Assembly (NCBI GenBank): GCA_020833025.1
Contig: JAJHRB010000032.1
Coordinates: forward strand, 1-17,309
DNA length: 17,309 nt
Direction of reading: 5' to 3'
DNA from: Thermoproteaceae archaeon
Lineage (GTDB): Archaea > Thermoproteota > Thermoprotei > Thermoproteales > Thermoproteaceae
Below are positions 8,496 through 16,045 of the stretch, in pieces. A program made the translations under genes and the position numbers. The notes beneath the pieces were generated by a model, which was not told where the DNA came from, did not search any database, and saw nothing but the letters and a program-made list of their open reading frames with translations. Each line of letters opens with the position of its first letter. The stretch's first letter is position 1.

Positions 8496-10550
8496 GTGCG
8501 GCGCGTAATTAAGTCCTACACAGAGCCGGTCAGGCGCGCCGTGTCCGAGTTCTGGAGTGAGGAGCGGATACGGGCAGTGAGAAAAATGGCAGAGACGGCC
8601 CTCCCGCATATAGACGGAACGACTCCGTCCGTGCGCGGAAGAGTGCTCGACAAGCTCATATTTAAGGACTTAAGACCTTCCTCTCTCAAGGAGGCCCTGG
8701 CCAGAGTTGACAGTCTAGGCGTAGATGTGGGAGTTGACTTCTTCGGCGCCCGGCTCGAGGTGCCTCTGTACGTAGGCGATATGTCCTTCGGCGCGCTGAG
8801 CGGAAATCCAAACATAGCAATTGCAAAGGCCGTAACGGAGGCAGGCGCTGTTGCTGGCATAGGGGAGGGGGGCTTGCACCCGGAGGTTGCCAAGTACCGC
8901 AATATTGTAGTGCAGTGGGCGTCTGCAAGGTTCGGCATGGACCTCAATCTGCTCAGGGCCGGGCTCGCCGTGAACATAAAAATAGGCCAGGGGGCCAAGC
9001 CGGGCATCGGCGGACACTTGCCTGGCAGGAAGGTTGTTGACGTGATCGCCAAGCTCAGGAAGATACCGGTGGGGAGCGATGCCCTCTCGCCGGCGCCGCA
9101 TCATGACATATACTCCATAGAGGATCTGGCGCAGCGCGTGAAGGCACTAAGAGACCTTTCGGGCAAGCCTGTGCTTGTCAAGGTTGCTGCCGTCAATAAA
9201 ATAAGCTTCGTCGCGGTAGGAGTCGCTAGATCCAGCGCAAGCGGCATAATAATAGACGGCGCAGGCGCCGGGACGGGGGCGGCGCCGGTTGTGACCAGAG
9301 ACAATCTCGGAATTCCCATAGACTACGCCACTCCGGTCGTTGACATGTGGCTGAGGAGGGAGGGCCTGCGCGCCGGCTTTCTCGTCATTGCTGGCGGCAT
9401 GCTCGCGACCCCGATGGACATTGCCAAGATAGTAGCCATGGGCGCTGACATGGCCAATGTCGCAACAGCCGCGCTGGTAGCAATGGGCTGCATAATGTGT
9501 CACAGCTGTCACACCGGCGACTGCCCGGCCGCGCTGACGAACATGATAGGCGGGCCGAAGGTTCTCGACATAGAGTGGGCCTCTCAGCGGCTAGTCAACT
9601 ATTTAGTAGCGGTGAAGCGGGGGCTGAAGGCCATTCTGTACGCCCTCGGCATGAGCAAACTCTCAGAGCTAGTGGGGCGGCGGGACCTGCTAGAGGCGTA
9701 TTACATTGACGGACACGTGGCCGAGACTCTCGGGGTTGAGCTGAGAGAGGGGGGAGACGTGGCGTGGATAGAACCCGTGAAGGTGCACGTGCACAGAGAG
9801 TACTACGAGGAGGGGCGTCCCCCAATAACCGGCATGGGCGGCGTCGTGCCTGGGTACACGACTCCTGCCAGGCGTCCCCTGGATTTACTGCGCATAGAGG
9901 CCACGCAGGTCACGCGCCCTCCCGTGGACCCGTACAGAGAGGGGATAGACGTCACGGTTAGAGTTGACGGCGAGGAGTACTACACGCCGGTGACCGTGCC
10001 TGCGGCGGACGACGCGGCCGTGCTGGCCGCGTACGCCCTAGGCGCTCCGGTGTACGGCGAGAATTCACTAGGCATAAAGCACGTGGACGAGGGCGCCGTT
10101 GTGATAGCGCCAGGTCAGGACATCAGCGTAGACTCAGGCATTGTCATTATTGACGAGAGGCTGGGCGGCAGCATTACCGCGGAGGAGGCTGTATCCAGAC
10201 TCGACATAGAGTTGAGGAGGAGGGGCGTGAGAGACAGGGTCTGCATCGCGGTGGCGGGAATGTTCTACACTGGCGCGGATGTATACAAGCTGGCCGCGCT
10301 GGGCGCGGATCTAGTCGTGCCTCTGGGAATCTTCACATACGTGCACGAGCGGGTCAGGCATCTGGATCTCAGGGCGCGCATGATGAGGTACGAGAACACA
10401 ATCGCTGCCCTCACCAAGGAGTTGAAACTCCTCATGGGCGCAGGCGGCGTGACAAATTACTACAATACTCTTGTCGGCAATAGAGACTTGCTAAGGTCAC
10501 TGGACGGTAAGATAGCCAGAGCGCTGGGAGTTGAGGTTGCCGGCAGGTGA
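8496..10550 (+). CDS. gltB: Glutamate synthase FMN-binding subunit (GltB2-like) with duplicated degenerate C-terminal barrel
   Basis: MSFGALS, GEGG, IKIGQGAKPGIGGHLPG, SPAPHHDIYSIEDL, IDGAGAGTGA and the Fe-S motif CIMCHSCHTGDC. Confidence 0.88.
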   Translation: MRRVIKSYTEPVRRAVSEFWSEERIRAVRKMAETALPHIDGTTPSVRGRVLDKLIFKDLRPSSLKEALARVDSLGVDVGVDFFGARLEVPLYVGDMSFGALSGNPNIAIAKAVTEAGAVAGIGEGGLHPEVAKYRNIVVQWASARFGMDLNLLRAGLAVNIKIGQGAKPGIGGHLPGRKVVDVIAKLRKIPVGSDALSPAPHHDIYSIEDLAQRVKALRDLSGKPVLVKVAAVNKISFVAVGVARSSASGIIIDGAGAGTGAAPVVTRDNLGIPIDYATPVVDMWLRREGLRAGFLVIAGGMLATPMDIAKIVAMGADMANVATAALVAMGCIMCHSCHTGDCPAALTNMIGGPKVLDIEWASQRLVNYLVAVKRGLKAILYALGMSKLSELVGRRDLLEAYYIDGHVAETLGVELREGGDVAWIEPVKVHVHREYYEEGRPPITGMGGVVPGYTTPARRPLDLLRIEATQVTRPPVDPYREGIDVTVRVDGEEYYTPVTVPAADDAAVLAAYALGAPVYGENSLGIKHVDEGAVVIAPGQDISVDSGIVIIDERLGGSITAEEAVSRLDIELRRRGVRDRVCIAVAGMFYTGADVYKLAALGADLVVPLGIFTYVHERVRHLDLRARMMRYENTIAALTKELKLLMGAGGVTNYYNTLVGNRDLLRSLDGKIARALGVEVAGR

Positions 10551-10552
10551 GC

Positions 10553-10598
10553 CCCCATCTCCCCCCGCCTCTCCCGCCCCGGGCCCGGCGCCGGATCT
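10553..10598 (+). repeat. ~45-bp C-rich dispersed repeat immediately after the gltB stop
   Basis: CCCCATCT..CCGCCTCTCCCGCCCCGGGCCCGGCGCCGGATCT aligns to the reverse complement of 14317..14361, with a 15-nt exact core CGGGCCCGGCGCCGG. Confidence 0.8.
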
Positions 10599-10615
10599 CG
10601 CCGCCGCGCTGCTAG

Positions 10616-10634
10616 CGCCTTCCCGCATTTCGGC
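10616..10634 (+). repeat. Variant of the thyX 3' repeat (CGCCTTCCCGCATTTCGGC)
   Basis: 17/19 identical to 813..831 (CGCCTCCCCGCATTCCGGC). Confidence 0.7.
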
Positions 10635-11046
10635 CTGGCAGCTGGAGCGGCCCGCGCCACGCGCGTAATTGCAATTCTAGCCGGCGCCGGCGGCGCTCGT
10701 GATGATTCTCGCCAGTGAGCGCGGGCGGCGAGGCCCTCTTTCCTGCCCGCCCGCTCCGGCAGGCTCGGGCTGACATGTCTGCTGGCGCGATTCCGCCAGC
10801 CGCGCCAGTAGGCCTCCCCGAGCCTCCCGCTTCCAGGCGCCTCATCGCACCCACCCCGCCGAGCCAGCGCCCCTCTGGGCCGCGGGCTGCCATCGGGGCG
10901 TTGCCCTGCGAGTGGGGACTCCGGCCCCCGGAGTGAGGCTGGATTGGGAGTGCGCGCCCCTCACTTTGTCAGTCCGTCGCGAGGCTATCACGCATCTACT
11001 AATTTGGTACCCCTCATCACGCCAGTAGGCCTGCGGCATGCAATTA

Positions 11047-11334
11047 TTAAGCACCACTCCCTCGCCGCCTTATTGAGGCCGCAACCGCCCTCGCACGACT
11101 GCACGTGCCGACGACCTTAACGGTGCGGCAGCCGTCAAGCAGCGCCACAATTGCCCTCACGGCTCTTATCTTACTGCGCGGAACACCGACGGCTAGTATG
11201 TCATTGTATATAGCAACAAGCTGCGGCGGGTGTAAGAAAGACGCGAAGCCTGTCAGCTGGTACATCTCCAGTATCTGGGCGTAGCAGAGAGCGGGATCCG
11301 CGCTCCTGATTAGCAGGTATCGGTACTTGGCCAC
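11047..11334 (-). CDS. RNase P protein subunit Pop5/Rpp14 family
   Basis: KYRYLLI N-terminus, VRAIVAL and VKVVGT..RAR C-terminus resemble Pop5. ~95 aa, downstream of the Rpp30-like gene near rpl15e. Confidence 0.62.
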   Translation of the reverse strand: MAKYRYLLIRSADPALCYAQILEMYQLTGFASFLHPPQLVAIYNDILAVGVPRSKIRAVRAIVALLDGCRTVKVVGTCSRARAVAASIRRRGSGA

Positions 11335-11855
11335 GTCTGCGCCACGAGCTCTGTAAGAGTGCCGAGCGAGCCCTTTATTGGCAGTGCCCAGCTCTCGTCG
11401 CCGCCTATCTCAACAAGCAGCGCGGCCACGTCGAGCGGCGACTTCACATCGCGGATGCCCTCTACAGGCGTTGAGAATATTGTGACCTCCGGCTCTAGCA
11501 CATTAAGCCACTTGGCGAGCGCCCTGAGATCCTTCAGCAGGGGCTTCAGGGGCAGCTCTATGTACTTGCCGTGCTTAATGGCAGCCCTAACTTGGTCCCG
11601 TGTAATGGGCTCGACAGGGCTAACCCTTATTATCTGGACGTCGTCCCGGTACACGTGCACATTAAATTTACTGCGGCTCTTAACCTCAACACAGTTGACA
11701 TCAACGCCGCGTACAAACGGCGCCAGTAGCACGGTCTCTGTCTCTCTGCGCAGTAATGCCGCGCGCACGCCTACCTCCCACAGCGCTCTCTCTATTTCTG
11801 GCAGTACGGTAACGAGATCCCACTCGACAAATCCGCGCCTAATTACAAAGCCCAT
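11310..11855 (-). CDS. RNase P protein subunit Rpp30-like (divergent)
   Basis: Position between the COG1325-type gene and Pop5-like gene. The [20 protein letters not shown] and [11 protein letters not shown] segments fit the Rpp30 pattern. Start placed at ATG 11855 (MGFVIRR). Confidence 0.58.
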   Translation of the reverse strand: MGFVIRRGFVEWDLVTVLPEIERALWEVGVRAALLRRETETVLLAPFVRGVDVNCVEVKSRSKFNVHVYRDDVQIIRVSPVEPITRDQVRAAIKHGKYIELPLKPLLKDLRALAKWLNVLEPEVTIFSTPVEGIRDVKSPLDVAALLVEIGGDESWALPIKGSLGTLTELVAQTWPSTDTC

Positions 11856-12225
11856 TCCTTGCCCGGATCTTGAGCCTGACGACGTCATCATGCTCAACAG
11901 CCCTTACAATTCCCGTTGCCAGTGCTTGCTTGTCAAGTCTCAGGTAGTACAGGCCTTCCGTCTCCCCTTTAGATGCAGGCACCTTGCCGCCGAACGCGCT
12001 GCAGAGCTTCTCCAGAATTTTCTCGCAGCTCTCGAGGAAGGAGGTCACGAGGTATATTGAATTTCCGTGATGGCCGCTGTAAATCTCGACAACGAGTGGA
12101 ATCTCGCCGAAAAACGCGCGCAGGGCGTCAAAGACCTTCTCGAGACTCTCCGTTGCGTGCACAATCACGCTGATTTCTACGTAACGACACCGTGCGCGGG
12201 GACTCTGCGGGGGGCGCCCCTCCAC
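11839..12225 (-). CDS. COG1325/DUF54-type RNA-binding protein (exosome-neighbourhood)
   Basis: [23 protein letters not shown] and DDVVRLKI motifs; adjacent to rpl15e. Confidence 0.72.
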   Translation of the reverse strand: MEGRPPQSPRARCRYVEISVIVHATESLEKVFDALRAFFGEIPLVVEIYSGHHGNSIYLVTSFLESCEKILEKLCSAFGGKVPASKGETEGLYYLRLDKQALATGIVRAVEHDDVVRLKIRARNGLCN

Positions 12226-12356
12226 ATCGTGGCTGAGATGGGGGTTGATAAGGACGCGTGCGCGAGGGTCTCGTGGCGCCGGCGCTGCCCAGCAAGAAGC
12301 TCCCGGAAGGGCAATTGAAGGGCATGCACATTTAAAGTGGCTGCGCGCAGCCCGGC

Positions 12357-12950
12357 ATGGCCCCCTCGGCGTACAGCTATATGGCGATGTGGTACAGGAA
12401 AGTCGGGAGAGAGGTGCGCGAGCAGTTGATTAGGAAGCTCCTCATAGAGTGGAGGAGGGGGCCGTCAATAGTGAGAGTCCACAGGCCGTTTAGGCTCGAG
12501 AGAGCCAGAAAGCTTGGCTACAAGGCCAAGCAGGGCGTTGTCGTTGTGAGAGTCAGGGTAATCAGAGGGCCTTTCAACAGGAGGAGACCAAGGTCCGGCA
12601 GGCGCCCGAAGAGGATGGGCGTGTACGGAATCACGGCATGGAAGTCGTGGCAGCAGGTCGCGGAGGAGAGGGCCGCGAGGAAGTTCCCAAACCTGGAGGT
12701 GCTCAATAGCTACTGGGTTGCTGACGATGGTATTTACCGGTACTTCGAGGTAATAATGATTGATTGCAACTTGCCTGCAATCCAGCGGGATCCCCTTTAC
12801 TCGGGAATATGCGGCAGGAGGGTACCTCGGAGGAGAATAGTCAGGAGGTTAAGAGAGCGGCAGAGAAAACTAATAGAGCACCTAAAAAGGACGCTGCTAC
12901 CGAGGCTAAAGTCAGAGGCGCAAGCGGATCGGATAGGCGCCGCCTTGTGA
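12357..12950 (+). CDS. rpl15e: 50S ribosomal protein L15e
   Basis: [35 protein letters not shown] and [20 protein letters not shown] motifs. TTTAAA 12331-12336 ends 21 nt before the ATG. Confidence 0.95.
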   Translation: MAPSAYSYMAMWYRKVGREVREQLIRKLLIEWRRGPSIVRVHRPFRLERARKLGYKAKQGVVVVRVRVIRGPFNRRRPRSGRRPKRMGVYGITAWKSWQQVAEERAARKFPNLEVLNSYWVADDGIYRYFEVIMIDCNLPAIQRDPLYSGICGRRVPRRRIVRRLRERQRKLIEHLKRTLLPRLKSEAQADRIGAAL

Positions 12951-12975
12951 AGTATCCTGCCGGTGTCTGGACACC

Positions 12976-13896
12976 CTATCCCTCGCGAAGGAGTGCCGGC
13001 GCCCCCGGCTGCCGCTTAGTATCTGTGCAGCAGGCCTTGCGCAGGGCGCGGAATAGATGGCCGGCGTATGACATGTTGAAAGCGCCCCTCCCTGACGTGC
13101 TGAGGTCGAGTAGGAATGCAGAGTTCACAGCCCTGGCCAGATTGTAAATCGCGAGGATCCACGGCATGTGGTCCTGCCTCCCCTGTACGAGGGCGTACCT
13201 AGGCGAGCCCCCCACGCTGTACAGCTTTACGCGGAGCTCGCCGAAACTTACTCTCGATACCTTTCCCTCCGGCTTGCACCCAAATGCTGCATAAAATATG
13301 TCCCTCCCGACAGCGTACTCAAGTTTCAGGTGACGCTTGGGCGCCTCCATGCCTGTGATCGCCGCGTAGACCTCTGCCGCTATAAGCATCCTCTCGAGAG
13401 CCCTAAGGGGGGTGTAGAGGCAACCGCCCCATGCATCTCTAAACGCCCCGCAGAGCGAGTAATCGCCGCCTGAGTATGGCTTGTAAGTCACGCTCACCTC
13501 CGCGTAGCTACCAGCCTTCTCGACCGGCAGATCGACGAGCACGTCGGGCACAGGCAGCGAGCGGTAGAGCGACAGCGAGGCTGAGAGCCAGGCATCTCCG
13601 GCGACATACAGCACTTCGCTGCTTAAGAGTGCCTTCCTCAAATTTTCCAGCCCTATGATGTCGCAAGAATCCACAATCAAATCGTAACTGCTGCTGGCTC
13701 TTTTAACTATCCTGACGGCTAGGACCTCCCTCATGAAGTCCAGTGTGAACAGCGGCTCAAACGGCGGGATGTCCAGCAACGGATCGGACGGCCTTTCCGT
13801 CAGAATGTCTACCTCGATGCCGCTCTCTCTTAACAGGTACGCGAGATATGCAGATCCTGGCTCGAGACCGCGGATTAAGACGCGCCCGACCCTCAC
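12976..13896 (-). CDS. Hypothetical protein, degenerate FAD/NAD-dependent oxidoreductase-like
   Basis: The N-terminus RVLIRGLEPGSAYLAYLLRESGIEVDIL has the beta-alpha-beta pattern of a dinucleotide-binding start but lacks GxGxxG. Long clean ORF. Confidence 0.55.
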   Translation of the reverse strand: MRVGRVLIRGLEPGSAYLAYLLRESGIEVDILTERPSDPLLDIPPFEPLFTLDFMREVLAVRIVKRASSSYDLIVDSCDIIGLENLRKALLSSEVLYVAGDAWLSASLSLYRSLPVPDVLVDLPVEKAGSYAEVSVTYKPYSGGDYSLCGAFRDAWGGCLYTPLRALERMLIAAEVYAAITGMEAPKRHLKLEYAVGRDIFYAAFGCKPEGKVSRVSFGELRVKLYSVGGSPRYALVQGRQDHMPWILAIYNLARAVNSAFLLDLSTSGRGAFNMSYAGHLFRALRKACCTDTKRQPGAPALLREG

Positions 13897-14125
13897 GCCC
13901 GCGCGCTGCCTGCCGCTTGAAAAACAGTTGCACAGCCCCGCTCTTGCTGCCTTCCGCTAGCTCGACCTCGCGCCTGAAGATTAGCGCGACGCGAAGCCTC
14001 ACGGCGCCTCCCGCGGCTGGTATTAACGGCGGCCTCGCGCTGCGTTTTAGCAACACGCTCACTAAGCGAATCTCGCTGCCAGGGTCATCTATGCGTGCGC
14101 CGGTCCGGCAGACATAGGCCGCCAC
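13757..14125 (-). CDS. Hypothetical protein, boundaries doubtful (140-nt overlap with the downstream gene)
   Basis: The first ~70 aa look protein-like; the tail is Arg-rich shadow sequence over the next gene. No TATA at the usual spacing. Confidence 0.3.
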   Translation of the reverse strand: MAAYVCRTGARIDDPGSEIRLVSVLLKRSARPPLIPAAGGAVRLRVALIFRREVELAEGSKSGAVQLFFKRQAARGREGRARLNPRSRARICISRVPVKRERHRGRHSDGKAVRSVAGHPAV

Positions 14126-14316
14126 TCAACTCACGGAAGTGGGGGAGGTAGGGCTGCTGGCTTGCAGTGAAGTACTCGCAGAGAGCTGAGGCCGCCAGGA
14201 GAGCCGCGGGATGTCGGAGCGGCACTTGCGCTCGCAACTGTGCGTGTCACGCCTAGAGACTCTGCCTTCTAATCGTGTGGGCGCAGAGGAAATTCAACGA
14301 GCTGCTGCAGACTGTA

Positions 14317-14361
14317 AGATCCCGGCGCCGGGCCCGTGGGCGGGGGAGGCAGGAGATGGGG
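14317..14361 (-). repeat. ~45-bp C-rich dispersed repeat, minus-strand copy
   Basis: Reverse complement CCCCATCTCCTGCCTCCCCCGCCCACGGGCCCGGCGCCGGGATCT aligns with 10553..10598. Confidence 0.8.
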
Positions 14362-14379
14362 AAGGCATTGATTGCCGCG

Positions 14380-14540
14380 CTACTGTCGCCCGCTCCTGAC
14401 GAGCTCTATCAACAGCTTCTGTATTTCCAGAGGGGTGGCTTTCATGGCGTCGGCGGAAAGCCTCTTCAACACGCGCTCACCTGCGATCTCGAGCGCGTCG
14501 CAGGTAATAGCGGAAACGCAGGCTACAAAACATATTCCAT
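14380..14540 (-). pseudogene. Small ORF with defective start (…VACVSAITCDALEIAGERVLKRLSADAMKATPLEIQKLLIELVRSGRQ*)
   Basis: 48-codon open frame 14526-14383 with stop 14382-14380. ATG 14540 joins only with +1 T in the 14527-14530 run; alternatively GTA 14526 is a decayed GTG ~20 nt after a TATA-like box. Confidence 0.3.
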
Positions 14541-14859
14541 GCCGATATAAAAACGCAGCGCCCCCAGCACATCCTGGTTAAAGGCCGCTGCGAATACGTC
14601 TTGCCCTATAACAGCGCGGCTTTTGGGATATAACTATACACTGGTGTGTAGAGGTTTACGAGGCCGCGTGTAACGCCGGTGTAGCGGATGGCGACCGCCC
14701 CCAACGCCGTATTGTCTTAGGTGTACGGCGTACATCCCACCTTCGCCTCTGATGGGGCCATATTCAGCGGTGATTATGAGGGCTGTGAAGGGGAGGAAGG
14801 AATTTCGTGATTATGGATGGGATGTGGAGAAACTGGAGTGGCCTCTGCAACCTCCTTGC

Positions 14860-15316
14860 TCGGAGCTGTTGTTTAGAGTTAGGGGGTTTGGGGATTCGTG
14901 CATTGTTTGCGTCGGCCTGTTTGAGGGTGCGGTAGCCCTTGAACGCGTAGATTCGTGCGGCTAGTATAAGCAGGGCGCCTATCAAAGCGACGTTTTCGGA
15001 AGGCGACAGAGTTGGCGGTCTTGCCGGGCGTCGCATAGGCTTTTGCTAAGAAGCAGTAGGGCACCACTGCTATGAAGAGCCATGCGGCGGCCCAGACCAG
15101 GACTGTAAAGAGGGGGGCAGTAGTTGCGTTCCCCCGCTGGCGGTATTTGTCGATAACCGCCAGCGGGGCTGGGCCTGGGCGCGGGTTCACCAGCATCGCC
15201 CGCGCTGCATGGGCCCCCGTCGGGGCCAACGCCACAAAGCCCCCCATCTGGAGGTGCCTGAAGGCATCCCCCTCACCGCAGCGCGGGTCACAAGGGGTTG
15301 GATAGGCGGCCGCCGT
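14860..15316 (-). pseudogene. Frameshifted membrane-protein pseudogene, DUF973/DUF996-like by resemblance
   Basis: Frame 1 carries LFTVLVWAAAWLFIAVVPYCFLAKAYATPGKTANSVAF; frame 2 continues VALIGALLILAARIYAFKGYRTLK near 15000. ACG at 15316 sits 22 nt after TTTAAA, where an ATG is expected. The 3' boundary is approximate. Confidence 0.4.
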
Positions 15317-15358
15317 ATTTGAAAACACCTAGAAGTATTTAAATTTATCCATGATAAG

Positions 15359-15693
15359 TCAACAGCCTTGGCAGTTGCCGAGTGGTAGGGCGAGGAGGGT
15401 GGCGAGAGATATAAGCGCGGCAGCGCCTCCGAGGAGCGTCATTACATACCTCAGCGAGTTTCTCTGCAGCTTTTCTTTGGTGGTCGCCGAGGCCGTGTAA
15501 CGCCGTAAATTAAGGCATGAGGGAGAGAATACCGATGGCCGGGACAGCTGTGTACAGTGTCAGTAGCAAGAATACGAAGAGTATGTATTACTGAGTATTA
15601 CAGCGAGGAGTATGGCGGCAATTATTACGGGCCGGGTTAGGAAGAGGATTGAGGCAAGGAGGCAGAGAGCTGCGTGGTAGAGAGCCGGCCCAT
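15359..15693 (-). pseudogene. Multiply frameshifted membrane-protein pseudogene
   Basis: ATG 15693 (21 nt after TTATAT) is followed by hydrophobic segments in switching frames: GPALYHAALCLLASILFLTRPVIIAAILLAVILS / YILFVFLLLTLYTAVPAIGILSLMP* / ..YVMTLLGGAAALISLATLLALPLGNCQGC*. Confidence 0.45.
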
Positions 15694-15757
15694 GTGCAAA
15701 TTGATCTTTAAAGATATAATGTGGCGTCTTGCATCGGATGTTGTTTTCGGCTTAGTG

Positions 15758-16045
15758 TTACTTTTTCATTCTTTTTTCAAGCTCGGCATATACGTCGTTT
15801 AGGGTAAGGCCTTGAACAACTAGGAGAACGAGTAGGTGATAGAGAAGGTCTGCCGCCTCCTCGACAGTTCGCCGTCTGCCTTCGGCTATAGCTGCTATGG
15901 CTGTCTCCACGGCCTCCTCCGCGACCTTGCGGGCTATGTGGGGGATCCCTGCTGCATAGAGGCGGTAGGTGTAGCTCTGGGAGCTGGCCTCTCTTATCCT
16001 CTGGCGTATTACTTCCTCGAGACGGGCGAGGACCTCGCAGTTCAT
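15758..16045 (-). CDS. hisE: Phosphoribosyl-ATP pyrophosphohydrolase
   Basis: SYTYRL, IARKVAEEAVE and EEAADLLYHLLVLL motifs; ATGA overlap with hisD. Confidence 0.92.
   Translation of the reverse strand: MNCEVLARLEEVIRQRIREASSQSYTYRLYAAGIPHIARKVAEEAVETAIAAIAEGRRRTVEEAADLLYHLLVLLVVQGLTLNDVYAELEKRMKK

Noticed and set aside
9489-9524. Four-Cys Fe-S motif as a novel cluster type
   Set aside because: CxxCxxC-x4-C variants are known in archaeal GltB2-type subunits; sequence alone cannot show a changed cluster.
10551-11046. RNase P RNA, SRP RNA or tRNA next to pop5/rpp30
   Set aside because: No recognisable P4 consensus halves, SRP helix-8 motif or cloverleaf on either strand by eye. Kept only as a generic ncRNA candidate.
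10460-11057. Ala/Arg/Pro/Gly-rich ORFs in the gltB-pop5 gap
   Set aside because: Low-complexity products expected from GC-rich non-coding DNA; no promoter at the usual spacing.
12290-12315. SRP helix-8-like CCCGGAAGGG
   Set aside because: Lacks the flanking CAGG/AGCA internal-loop context and sits in a ~130-bp divergent promoter gap, too short for SRP RNA.
14140-14316. Plus-strand membrane-protein remnant (AALALATVRVTPRDSAF / IVWAQRKFNELL)
   Set aside because: Too short and fragmented to support, and it conflicts with an equally weak minus-strand reading.
14130-15757. Intact mobile element, provirus or defence system
   Set aside because: No integrase, transposase, nuclease or toxin motifs recognisable; only decayed small and hydrophobic ORFs.
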